Shown: piece by piece, positions 1 through 13,625 of the stretch
Numbering within the stretch: position 1 is the stretch's first letter
Layout of the letters: each line of letters starts with the position of its first letter
Assembly: GCA_951812955.1 (NCBI GenBank)
Contig: OX638340.1
Coordinates: 2,528,001-2,592,000 of the forward strand
Length of the DNA stretch: 64,000 nucleotides
Direction of reading: 5' to 3'
From: an uncultured Gemmatimonadota bacterium
Lineage (GTDB): Bacteria > JAAXHH01
Notes under the pieces: generated by a model
What the model was told of the DNA's origin: nothing
The model's database searches: none
Seen by the model: only the letters and a program-made list of their open reading frames with translations
Made by a program: the position numbers and the translations under genes

Positions 1-1
1 C

Positions 2-688
2 GCGCCGATCTTCGCCGAGACGATCAGGGCCATACGCCGCAGGTGCCCGGGCGTGGGCGTGGAAGTGCTCATCCCGGATTTCAAGGGATCGGAAGAAGCG
101 CTTCAGACCGTGCTCGACGCCCGTCCCGACCTGCTCAACCACAACCTGGAGACGGTGCCGGAGCTCTACCGGACGGTGCGGCCCCAGGCGCGGTACGACC
201 AGTCGCTCGAGTTGCTCGAGCGCGCGAAGGCCCGCGGCGCGAAGACCAAGACGGGCATCATGGTGGGCCTCGGCGAAACCGACGACGCCGTCCATGCCCT
301 CATGCGCGACGTGGCCGCGGTGCGCTGCGACATCCTGACGGTGGGGCAGTACCTGCAGCCGACGAAGAAGCATCTGCCGGTGCACAGGCACTACCACCCG
401 GACGAGTTCGCGCGTTTCAAGGAAGCTGGCGAGGCGTACGGCATTCCCCACGTGGAGTCCGGCCCCCTGGTCCGCAGTTCCTACCACGCGGCCGACCAGG
501 CGGACAGCGTCGGCGGCGCGGCCCCGGGCGGTGGAAACGGCGCGCATCCTACAAGCGGAAACGGCGGGCATAAAACGAACGAAATCGATGCGGCCCCGGG
601 CGGCGCGCACCCTGAAAACGGCAACGGATTGTTGTCTATCGAGCCGTTCGGAACCTCGCCCGGTGAGGACCTTACGACGCGGCCCTGA
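2..688 (+). CDS. lipA: lipoyl synthase, 5'-truncated by the window edge, with a ~60-aa Gly/Asn/Pro-rich C-terminal tail
   Basis: The frame of ORF 53..688 stays open back to nt 2. The translation ...[26 protein letters not shown]...GIMVGLGET...TVGQYLQPT...VRSSYHA matches the C-terminal half of LipA as I recall the family. Confidence 0.85.
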   Translation, partial: APIFAETIRAIRRRCPGVGVEVLIPDFKGSEEALQTVLDARPDLLNHNLETVPELYRTVRPQARYDQSLELLERAKARGAKTKTGIMVGLGETDDAVHALMRDVAAVRCDILTVGQYLQPTKKHLPVHRHYHPDEFARFKEAGEAYGIPHVESGPLVRSSYHAADQADSVGGAAPGGGNGAHPTSGNGGHKTNEIDAAPGGAHPENGNGLLSIEPFGTSPGEDLTTRP

Positions 689-698
689 GCCGTATTTG

Positions 699-757
699 GT
701 CAACAGGAATAAAAATAATAGAAACCTGTTGACTTCGAGTACCCCGCTGTGTATCTT
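699..757 (+). promoter_or_regulatory. candidate sigma70-type rRNA promoter (TTGACT, 17 bp, TATCTT) with an AT-rich upstream element bracketed by a 9-bp inverted repeat
   Basis: TTGACT at 729-734 and TATCTT at 752-757, followed by the GC-rich gcgcggg. A/T run at 708-724. GTCAACAGG (699-707) and CCTGTTGAC (725-733) form an inverted repeat. The site is ~130 nt upstream of the 16S gene. Confidence 0.45.
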
Positions 758-888
758 GCGCGGGTTGCAGTAAGATTTAGCTCTTTGAAAACATGGCAGC
801 GTGCATGTCCTTAAGTCGTCTGACAAGGACTCTCCGGATTCATTCGGGGAGTTCACACAGATGTAAAATGTTAAGATCGAACTTTTCT

Positions 889-2452
<1,564 letters not shown>

Positions 2453-2536
2453 AGTTATTGAAACTCGAGGTCGACTTGTCCGGCGCACGATGTGCACGCT
2501 GTCATGTTTTTAAAGTTGGGGGGCCTGTAGTACTGG

Positions 2537-2613
<77 letters not shown>

Positions 2614-2623
2614 TTGAAAGCCG

Positions 2624-2696
2624 GGGGATATAGCTCAGCTGGGAGAGCGCCGGCTTTGCAAGCCGGAGGTCACCGGTTCGATCCCGGTTATCTCCA
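2624..2696 (+). tRNA. tRNA-Ala (anticodon TGC), CCA not encoded
   Basis: GGGGATATAGCTCAG...CTTTGCAAG anticodon loop...GGTTCGATCCCGGTTATCTCCA. The G3:U70 alanine identity pair is present. Confidence 0.95.
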
Positions 2697-2800
2697 CTGG
2701 GCACAGCAGACGAGTACAGGTGCCCGCTCTTTGACAATTACATAGGAATGACGGGAACGGCGTTGTAACATCGGAGCACTCAAGCACAGTAGCATTTTTT

Positions 2801-5868
<3,068 letters not shown>

Positions 5869-5921
5869 TGCTCCAATTTATGTCGTCGTTCTCTCATTCC
5901 ATGTAATTGCCAACCCATTTC

Positions 5922-6039
5922 TTCCGGTGGCGATAGCGGAGGGGAAACACCTCTTCCCATTCCGAACAGAGTAGTTAAGCCCTCTTGCGCCGATGGTACT
6001 GCTTGGGTGACCTTGTGGGAGAGTAGGACGCTGCCGGGG
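5922..6039 (+). rRNA. rrf: 5S ribosomal RNA
   Basis: ...CCCATTCCGAACAGAGTAGTTAAGC...GCCGATGGTACTG...GGGAGAGTAGGACGCTGCCGG, with terminal helix pairing. Ends are approximate. Confidence 0.85.
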
Positions 6040-6050
6040 GATGCATTGAA

Positions 6051-6084
6051 GGCGCTCGATTCATTTCGAGCGCCTTTTTTGTTT
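6051..6084 (+). terminator. rho-independent terminator of the rRNA operon
   Basis: GGCGCTCGA (6051-6059), 6-nt loop, TCGAGCGCC (6066-6074), followed by TTTTTTGTTT. Confidence 0.7.
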
Positions 6085-6147
6085 GGGGCTAATGAAAGCT
6101 TTAGATCGCTAGCGTAGTCTGGTTGTCTGGCCAGGTCCGGTCGTCGT

Positions 6148-6822
6148 TTACGCGGCGGTGTTTACAATGCGTCCGTCGAAGAGGCGGATGATCCGGTGGG
6201 CGTGATCGGCCAGAACCTGGTCGTGGGTCACCATGATGATGGTCGTGCCCGCCTCGTTGAGGCCGTTTAGCAGTTCCATGACCTCCGAGCCGTTGGCAGA
6301 ATCCAGGTTACCCGTCGGCTCATCCGCCAGGATCAGCTTGGGATTGCCGATGACCGCCCGCGCCACGGCTACGCGCTGTTGCTGGCCGCCGGAAAGCTGC
6401 TGCGGGAAGTGATTACGCCGGTGGGGGATCTGCATGTGGTCCATCGCCGCATCCACCCGTTCCTTGCGCTCCTGCTTGGACGTGCCCAGGTAGATCAGCG
6501 GAAGCTCGATGTTCTCGTAGACGGTCAGTTCGTCGATCAGGTTGAAGCTCTGGAACACGAAGCCGATGTTGTTCTTGCGCAGATTGGCTCTTTGCCGCTC
6601 GGAGTGGCCGGACACTTCCTGGTCCAGGAAATGGTATTCCCCGCCCGTAGGGTTGTCGAGAAGGCCGAGGATGTTGAGCAAGGTGGACTTGCCGCAACCC
6701 GACGGCCCCATGACCGCCACGAACTCGCCCTGGTCCACGGCCATGCTCACGTCGTTCAACGCCGTCGTCTCCACCTCTTCGGTCGCATAGAGTTTCTGCA
6801 AGTTGCTGGTCGCTATCATCAC
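6148..6822 (-). CDS. ABC transporter ATP-binding protein (MacB/LolD-like), cassette A
   Basis: Walker A GPSGCGKST, signature LSGGQQQRVAVARA, and Walker B LILADEPTGNLD. 224 aa. Confidence 0.9.
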   Translation of the reverse strand: MMIATSNLQKLYATEEVETTALNDVSMAVDQGEFVAVMGPSGCGKSTLLNILGLLDNPTGGEYHFLDQEVSGHSERQRANLRKNNIGFVFQSFNLIDELTVYENIELPLIYLGTSKQERKERVDAAMDHMQIPHRRNHFPQQLSGGQQQRVAVARAVIGNPKLILADEPTGNLDSANGSEVMELLNGLNEAGTTIIMVTHDQVLADHAHRIIRLFDGRIVNTAA

Positions 6823-7014
6823 ACACCCCTTTTGCAGTTTATCGGTATGCGTCGCACCTTAATCATTCGACTTGTGTGCGATGCGCATTGTTTCGTCGCG
6901 ATGTTGTGCATGCTTGTAAATGCTCTGCTTCACTAAGTGTTCGAGTGAGGGCGAAGGCGATTCGTGGAAGGCGGTGCTCCAGGATCAACGCTCTCAATAC
7001 TGAAGTGAAGAAGT

Positions 7015-7521
7015 TCAATCCGTACTATCCGGCAAATTCACTCCAAATTCCTTGATAAACCGCTCAAAGAAACCGGCCGACCTGTATTCCAACAGCACGT
7101 TTACAGGTTCTCCATCCATGCCCGATATGCCGAGCGGCTTTTCTCCCAAGAAAAATTCCAACCCAAGACTATCCACTTCCGGGTAACCGGATGACCGAAT
7201 AATCCACGCCGTGTCGACGACACCAGTTGCGTTCGAATGGACTCGAAGCAATACTTCTCCTTCGTTGATGAACTCGGGCGGAAGCGCTACGGTTAATGGC
7301 ATTAATGGTATTTCCCCATTTGAGCTCTCATCCTTGGAACGGAGAGTGTCTGATTGTCCTGTGCTATCCTGTTCCAGGTCGGTCATCGTCGTATCTATTA
7401 CAGTTTCGCCTTCCCGGTTCACATCGTCCTTTCCTTCACATGCCGTGTGACTCAGGATGAGGAAAAGCGACACCAGCGCGCATAGACTGATCACAGTCTT
7501 TTTTACCATTTGTTGAGTCAT
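7015..7521 (-). CDS. putative lipoprotein with a TonB_C-like C-terminal domain, cassette A
   Basis: Start chosen at MTQQMVKKTV because GGAGGA lies 9 nt upstream. Signal plus Cys (LILSHTAC). The C-terminus GEVLLRVHSNATGVVDTAWIIRSSGYPEVDSLGLEFF resembles the TonB C-terminal fold pattern. The listed ORF extends to 7632. Confidence 0.55.
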   Translation of the reverse strand: MTQQMVKKTVISLCALVSLFLILSHTACEGKDDVNREGETVIDTTMTDLEQDSTGQSDTLRSKDESSNGEIPLMPLTVALPPEFINEGEVLLRVHSNATGVVDTAWIIRSSGYPEVDSLGLEFFLGEKPLGISGMDGEPVNVLLEYRSAGFFERFIKEFGVNLPDSTD

Positions 7522-7651
7522 CGACCTTGATCCTCCAGATTGCGACGTTTCCAGTCTATCGGTGGAATACCGGTTGTCCCGCTCAGAATCCATGGTCTTC
7601 GACGTATTTGGCATCAGACCGTAGCCCGGCACCGGCCGGCGTCTATATCGT

Positions 7652-8540
7652 CTACCGGCCCGTCACTTCGATTCGATTCCGGATGCCACGCGTGTAAGTC
7701 AGATGCCCGCGTCGGTCAATCCAGATCCCTTCGACGTGAGGCAAATCATCCAGTAACCGCTTTGAATTCTCGACTCCCATGACGTACGTCGCAGTCGCCA
7801 GGGCGTCCGCCGTCATGGCGTCCGGGGCGATGACCGTGGCGCTGAGCACGTGGTTCGATGAAACCCCCAGCCGTGGATTGAGAATGTGAGCGATACGAGG
7901 GCCCTGGTGCAGTCTATAGTTCTCATAGTCTCCTGCCTTCGCAATGGCCTCGTCTTCGAGTTCGACCATGGCGCATAGTGCATCCATCCGAGCGGTATGG
8001 TGAACGTATCCCGATGCGCCACAGGCGAGTAAGCTCGAGCCATCACAGGGCAAAGATGTCTCCTCCGGCCGAAACCAGGCCACATCGGACCCGGTGGTCC
8101 CGCAACGCCCCGACCGCCCGATCCACCATCTTGCCGATCTCCCTGATCCCGCCATCGGCTTCGAGGGCGACGAGCAATCGAACGTTGTTGCACACGGGAC
8201 AACGAAGATCCTCCTGTACCTCGTAAACGTACCCTACAGGATCGCCCTGTTCACCGAAAATCACGTAGCGGTCATATTCCCGAAAGTCCTCGTGCTTCCG
8301 GGATTCGGCCATGTGGAACGTAACCGAAACAAACTCCGAAACTGTCGGTTCATCGAGCGGTGGAAACAGGTTGGACATGCCGGCTAGCTCGTTTGACATC
8401 CTGTAAAGCGACGGGTCGGATCCGACTACATCGGTTCCGCCGGATCCCATGAGATAGATGAGATTCACGGCCACGACTACGGTGCCTGCTCCGGCGATCA
8501 ACACCACCGCCATTCGACTACGTTTCAAAAACTGCGCCAT
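7652..8540 (-). pseudogene. deletion-fused remnant: N-terminal part of the FMN_bind membrane protein joined to the C-terminal part of the ApbE flavin transferase, with an in-frame TGA and a frameshift
   Basis: Aligned by eye to intact cassette B genes. Residues 1-~131 match the FMN_bind protein up to ...CPVCNNVRLLVALEADGGI. It then switches to ApbE-like GKMVDRAVGALRDHRVRCGLVSAGGDIFAL. A TGA at 8043-8045 aligns with a Gly codon. The same frame continues WLELTRLWRIGIRSPY. A +1 shift near 7980 leads into LCAMVELEDEAIAKAGDYENY...ADALATATYVMG (ORF 7652..8155). Confidence 0.8.
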
Positions 8541-8582
8541 AGGTAAGTCACCCGAATGGACGTCTGAAGAACGTCGGAAACG

Positions 8583-11027
8583 CTACTCGTACCTCAACGC
8601 TTCAACAGGATTCGACCGCGCCGCTTTGAGGACGTGTAGGCCGACCGTGGAGGCCGCTACGGCAAGAATGGCCAGGCCCACCAGGACAAAGAGCGCCGGG
8701 TTGGGCGCAATGCGATAGGCGAAGTCACGCAGCCAACTTTCCATGACGAGGTAGGCGATCGGCCAGGCGATGACGCTCCCCGCAATGGCCATGATCACGA
8801 ACTCTTTCGACAGAAGCTGTACAAGTTGCGCCCTGGTCGCCCCCAAAATCTTGCGAACGCCGATTTCCTTCGTTCGCTGGTGCACGGTGAGGGAGACCAG
8901 GTTGAATAGCCCCAGGAAGGTCAGCACAATGGCAAGCAACGCGCATATTCCGAGGAGCGTGCCAAGGCGTTCTTCAGCCAAATACAGCTGGTCTATATCG
9001 TCTTCGAGAAAGGAATAGACGAGCGGGATTTCCGGGTAATGGGATCTCCAGACGCTATTGAGGTCCTCGAGCGCGGAGGCCGTACTCCCAGGTTGCAGTC
9101 GAACGCTCATGTGTTCGCCAAAGGAACTGCTTAAGAATACCATGGGCTCGACGGGCTGGTAAAGAGAACGAAAGTGGGTGTCTTGAATCACGCCGACGGC
9201 TCTGCCGCGCTGGACGTACTGCGGTAAGACGATTTCGATCGTCTTGTCCAGGGCCACTTCAGCGGAACTCCATCCCAGATGCCGGACGGCCGTTTCATTC
9301 AGGACTACCTCGAATACGGCGAACGGATTGAACATCCTCATATCTCTTGGCTTCAGATTCGAGCCCAGCACCAGGCTTATGTCCAGGGTCTCGAAAAAGT
9401 CGTGCTCCACGTTCACTATGCGGATAGACGAGGATACCGGCATATCGCTGTCGTCCCCGCGTCGAACCATGGTTTCCCCGATCATGCCCCTCCCCGGCGC
9501 GAGCCCGGGAACGTAATCCGACAGGGAGACGCCCTCGATGTACGGTGACCGCAGCAACTCGTTCTGGAATCCATCGGAGGATCTAGGATTAAACTGTTGG
9601 GAGCCTTCAGAAGAGCTTGATTCAATGGCCTCCACGAAGAATCCCGATATGAGGGGAACGACTATCACATTGGATTTTTCGAAGCCCGGAGGTTCGTTCA
9701 TCATGAACCGCAACTGGCTGTAGACCACACCCGTGCCGATGATCAGGATGGCGGAAAGGGCGAACTGGACCGTGATAAGAATACGCTTCACAAAGGGATA
9801 GTCGATCGCCTGGCTCAACCGGCGGCTAAGTGCGTCCATCGGCCGGTATCCAGACAGAACCATGGCCGGAAAACTCCCCGAGAATGCCCCCACGAGGACT
9901 GAAATGGCGATCAGACCAAGCCATATGTCGAGGTGTTGTATAAAACCCATGGACAGTGCCTTCCCAGTCACGGCGTTGAAGGCTGGAAGCGAAAGCCGGG
10001 CAAGCAGAACCGCCAGGACGAGTACCAGGCCTGAGATCATTACGGACCCGCTCAGATACTGCACGACAATACGTGAACGGTTCGCGCCGTACACTTTCAT
10101 TAGGCCCACTTCCTTCGCGCGGGCTGTCGACTGAACCATAGACAGATTGATGAAGTTGATGCAGGCGATCAGCAGCAGGAAAACGGCCCCCGTCATGAGG
10201 GTGTAGAGATAGGCCACACTGCTGTTCGCCTCGAGTTCGTTGAGTAGATTGGAACGCAGGTGAATCGCGGTCAGCGGTTGAAGGGAAAACCGGTAGTCCC
10301 GGATGCTCTCCCGGTTCACGGGCTTGATCTCGGTGTCGAAGTAAGCCTGGAACTTGGACGTCAGTTCCGGCACCAGGCTCTGATCGTGCAAACGCAGGTA
10401 CGTATAGTAGGTTGCGCTCCACCAGTTGTCCATGAACTGCAATTCCGTTCCGAAAGACAGGAACATGTCCGCGGTGAAATGCGTATGGCCCGGGAAGTCC
10501 TCCATGACGCCCGTGATGGTAAAGCTGTACGTGTTGTCCAGGCGCATCACCTCGCCCATGGGGTCCACTTCGCCGAAGTACTTCCTTGCCATCGATTCCG
10601 AGATGACCGCTTTGTTCTGCCCCTCCAATGCGGTGGCGGGATTCCCCTTGAGCAGGGGGATGGTGAAAACGTCGAATAGCGAAGGCTCGGTCCAGTAGAC
10701 CCGGTCTTCGTAGAACTCCCGGTCACCGAACCGTATAAGCCAAATGGCCCGAGTCGCCCGCATGCGGACAGCGCTTGCTACTTCCGGAAAGTTCTGTTTC
10801 AGCGTGGAAGCCGCTGCGCCCGGCGTGCGCGCGTTGTTGCCATTGATCAGCCGATAGACCTGCGGAGCGTACCTGTGGTGTGTATCGTAGGTCCATTCGT
10901 CCTTTATGTACAATAGCGTGAGTACGCACGCGGCCATGGCGATGGCCAGCCCCGTGACGTTGATGGTCGTATGGGATCTTTGCTTGAGCAGGGCTCTGAC
11001 GGCTATTCTGAGGTGGTGGGTGAACAT
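8583..11027 (-). CDS. MacB/FtsX-type ABC transporter permease (double FtsX module with large periplasmic domains), cassette A
   Basis: ~815 aa and roughly 57% identical (hand count over the first 100 aligned residues) to ORF 14447..16864. The C-terminal ...NPVEALRYE and TM/periplasmic-domain/3-TM pattern occur twice. Start set at MFTHHL (11027; GGGAG upstream; aligns with the paralog N-terminus). The ORF also opens at 11057. Confidence 0.85.
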   Translation of the reverse strand: MFTHHLRIAVRALLKQRSHTTINVTGLAIAMAACVLTLLYIKDEWTYDTHHRYAPQVYRLINGNNARTPGAAASTLKQNFPEVASAVRMRATRAIWLIRFGDREFYEDRVYWTEPSLFDVFTIPLLKGNPATALEGQNKAVISESMARKYFGEVDPMGEVMRLDNTYSFTITGVMEDFPGHTHFTADMFLSFGTELQFMDNWWSATYYTYLRLHDQSLVPELTSKFQAYFDTEIKPVNRESIRDYRFSLQPLTAIHLRSNLLNELEANSSVAYLYTLMTGAVFLLLIACINFINLSMVQSTARAKEVGLMKVYGANRSRIVVQYLSGSVMISGLVLVLAVLLARLSLPAFNAVTGKALSMGFIQHLDIWLGLIAISVLVGAFSGSFPAMVLSGYRPMDALSRRLSQAIDYPFVKRILITVQFALSAILIIGTGVVYSQLRFMMNEPPGFEKSNVIVVPLISGFFVEAIESSSSEGSQQFNPRSSDGFQNELLRSPYIEGVSLSDYVPGLAPGRGMIGETMVRRGDDSDMPVSSSIRIVNVEHDFFETLDISLVLGSNLKPRDMRMFNPFAVFEVVLNETAVRHLGWSSAEVALDKTIEIVLPQYVQRGRAVGVIQDTHFRSLYQPVEPMVFLSSSFGEHMSVRLQPGSTASALEDLNSVWRSHYPEIPLVYSFLEDDIDQLYLAEERLGTLLGICALLAIVLTFLGLFNLVSLTVHQRTKEIGVRKILGATRAQLVQLLSKEFVIMAIAGSVIAWPIAYLVMESWLRDFAYRIAPNPALFVLVGLAILAVAASTVGLHVLKAARSNPVEALRYE

Positions 11028-11040
11028 GATCGGGTGCTCC

Positions 11041-13503
11041 CTACGGTTCCAGGACAAGAAAGTTGACCGACTTGAAGACGCGCTGATCAGCGTGCCGGTC
11101 CGTCAGCGTCACGGTCAGCACATACTCCCCGGCTTCGAGATCCGTGGTGTCCATCGCGGTGTATTCAGCCTCTTCCGCTGAACTCCCCTCGCCTTCGAAG
11201 AAGGACATCACAGTCTGCATGTCGTCCGGCCTTCTGGCCCTGCGGTTCCTCAGTGCGGGCATGCCCAGGGGCGTGATTTCGTAAAGTGTCTCGTAGGAAG
11301 TGCGTCCGGCGTTGCCTAAATCCAGGTTGTACAATTCGTAGTAAACGTAAACGGGGTTTCCCCGAATGTAGAGCCGTCCCGGATTGGGCGTGATATTCAA
11401 CCCCTTGCGCACAAAGGGGCCCTGTACGCCTGACGGCGTGATGAGGGTGGCCAGCTTGAGATCGCTGATGAGCAGGTCGCGGCCGCGGTAGTCGGACAGC
11501 GTGACTGGCTTGCGATACACTCCGACCCGGCTCGTTGTCTCGTCCCGCACCTGGACTGCCAGCGTGAAACTACCCGACGGCGCGACAACGCTTTCAGGCA
11601 GGGTATACACCGGAACTTTCACGTTGCTTTCAGCCATCATACGCTTCGGCCTGTCGAAGGGACCGAAACCGAACTCGTGGGTGAACTGGGGGCTCATGGT
11701 CGAATCACGCAGGGTGACCAGGTGCGCGAGCCGGGTGCTGTTACCCCTGCCGTCCGAGACATCGCCGAACTGCCACACGGGGATGCTGTAGGACAGGTCC
11801 AGTTCCGTCGCGCCGTTGTCAGCCCTGTAGCTTACGGCGTCGAAGGCATATTCGAGTGGTTCTCCCCCGAAGTCGTGCAGGAATTCCTCGGGACTGCGCT
11901 TGATCAGGTTCTCGGCAACTCGTTGAGGATGATGGGTATCGTTTCGACGCATCAACTCGAAACCCGTGATGTCACCAAACGAATCCCCACCTTCATAGAT
12001 TGTCTGAAGTGGATAATCGAATTTCCCACCGCCCATCTGGTCCACGAAAAACAGTTCAAGATTATGCTGTACGTAAACCCAGCTTTCGACCTTGTACGAT
12101 TCTCCGACCAGACGTTTGAGTAACTCGAATGGATTGCTCTCCGACGAGCTCCCCCAGAGATCCACCGATCCCAAATCGAATCCCTGGAGCTGCATGATCT
12201 CCTCATCCAACAACGCCACCGGATCTCCCCTGCCCACCCGCAACACGTAGCCGGACTGCATATTCCGCACGCGTATTGCGTCCACGGCAGGAATCGCCGA
12301 CGGCTTGAAAACGGAAAAGGTGTTCCCATGCCTGCGCAGCAAGAAGTTGCTACGGTCATCCGGCGTACCGTATCGAACGTGAATCTCCCCGCGGCGGTCA
12401 AAGGGATACTGGCCCTCTGAGAAATGATTGCGGGCGTACAGTACGCGCCGGTAGTGTTCCACCAGGCGCTCGTTTTCGACGGTGGCCGGATTGGAATCCC
12501 GTGCGTTCCAGAAGGTCTGCCACAGCGCGTCGCGTTCCGGTCCTTCCACAGCCTCCCAGGTCTTCAATTCATCGGGAGGCGCGACATGTCGCAGGTCCCG
12601 GTACACCGCCTGCTCATCGGGATCGAGACCCGATATATAGGTCTCCAGGGCTTCCTGCAATCGATCGAACCCCCGTTCAGTCGAACCCGAAAGCATGCTG
12701 AACTGAAGCTGCAGGGTCCTGACCTCGTCCGCGACGGCATCTCCTGATTCTTCGACCAACTGTCCCAGGAGTTCAGCACCTATTTCGAACGCTTCGGCAC
12801 GAAGACACACATTGGTAAACCGCTCGAAGGCCCGACGGTGTTTGGGGTTTACCCGGTACTGGTTGAAATAGGCGGCTATCGCTTTTTCGTAGTCCGGCAA
12901 CGGGGGACTTTCATAACATCGTCCCAGTTGATAGTAGGCGTCCTCATGGGATGGATTCAGCTCTACGACCTTGAGGAAATACGTCCTGCCATCCCGGTCG
13001 CTGCCCACGATGGTATCTACTTTTTTATCATTCATGAAGGACATGCCCAGGTAGTACTGGGCGTCCGCGTTGTCCGGATCCAGGCGGATCGCGGTACGCA
13101 ACGCGTTGCGGGCATCCAGCTTTCTGTTTTGCAACTTCAGGTAGGTCTTCCCCAATCCGATGTGACCAGGCGCCCATTTTTTGTCCTGCCGCACTGCGCT
13201 CCTGAACGAACTCAACGCCTCACGGTAGTCGCCCAATTCATACCGCGCCATTCCGAGCCAGTAGTGGGCGGGCGCCGAATCCCCGTCAGCCTTGACGGCC
13301 ATTAGGAAGTACGGCAGCGCTTCCGCGTATCGTCCCTGTTGGTAAAGTGATTTGCCTTTTTCGTGGGCTGGCAGATCAATATCGGATACGGCCGATTGCG
13401 GCGGGGAAGTCCAGGTCTGGGAATGGCCGGGTAAACTCAGTGCAAGCGCGGCGATTGTAAGAAGCAGGCGGACGTACACGTAGTGCCTCTTTGGACGAAT
13501 CAA
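11041..13503 (-). CDS. secreted TPR-repeat protein with a GWxTD-like domain
   Basis: Signal peptide, multiple TPR-like repeats (AxxYxxLGxxY patterns), then ...LWQTFWNARDSNPATVENERLVEHYRRVLYARNHF...FDRRGEIHVRYGTPDD. This resembles the GWxTD domain family, but the motif position reads YPFDRRG. Confidence 0.55.
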   Translation of the reverse strand: MIRPKRHYVYVRLLLTIAALALSLPGHSQTWTSPPQSAVSDIDLPAHEKGKSLYQQGRYAEALPYFLMAVKADGDSAPAHYWLGMARYELGDYREALSSFRSAVRQDKKWAPGHIGLGKTYLKLQNRKLDARNALRTAIRLDPDNADAQYYLGMSFMNDKKVDTIVGSDRDGRTYFLKVVELNPSHEDAYYQLGRCYESPPLPDYEKAIAAYFNQYRVNPKHRRAFERFTNVCLRAEAFEIGAELLGQLVEESGDAVADEVRTLQLQFSMLSGSTERGFDRLQEALETYISGLDPDEQAVYRDLRHVAPPDELKTWEAVEGPERDALWQTFWNARDSNPATVENERLVEHYRRVLYARNHFSEGQYPFDRRGEIHVRYGTPDDRSNFLLRRHGNTFSVFKPSAIPAVDAIRVRNMQSGYVLRVGRGDPVALLDEEIMQLQGFDLGSVDLWGSSSESNPFELLKRLVGESYKVESWVYVQHNLELFFVDQMGGGKFDYPLQTIYEGGDSFGDITGFELMRRNDTHHPQRVAENLIKRSPEEFLHDFGGEPLEYAFDAVSYRADNGATELDLSYSIPVWQFGDVSDGRGNSTRLAHLVTLRDSTMSPQFTHEFGFGPFDRPKRMMAESNVKVPVYTLPESVVAPSGSFTLAVQVRDETTSRVGVYRKPVTLSDYRGRDLLISDLKLATLITPSGVQGPFVRKGLNITPNPGRLYIRGNPVYVYYELYNLDLGNAGRTSYETLYEITPLGMPALRNRRARRPDDMQTVMSFFEGEGSSAEEAEYTAMDTTDLEAGEYVLTVTLTDRHADQRVFKSVNFLVLEP

Positions 13504-13625
13504 GAAGTGGCATTGACGATTCGCGTTACCGAATCAAGGGGAGTTGCTTTCAAGGTATCCAATAGACCAGGAATCAACAACCGTCTATGCGACGCAGTTC
13601 CACAAGGTATCCCCATAGGTCGCGC

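Noticed and set aside
43-573. 176-aa alternate-frame ORF overlapping lipA
   Set aside because: It is Arg/Gly/Pro-rich, and the lipA frame carries the recognisable family sequence.
8043-8045. In-frame TGA in the ApbE remnant as possible selenocysteine or programmed read-through
   Set aside because: The codon aligns with Gly, not Cys, in the intact paralog. I noticed no SECIS-like context. The locus also has a large deletion and a frameshift, so simple decay is the economical reading.
13549-13620. Direct repeat CAAGGTATCC (13553-13562 and 13606-13615) and a sigma54-like TGGATACCTTGAAAGCA on the minus strand upstream of the TPR/GWxTD gene
   Set aside because: The GG-to-GC spacing is off by one from the TGGCAC-N5-TTGC consensus, and the core bases are poor. 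A 10-bp repeat alone is weak evidence.
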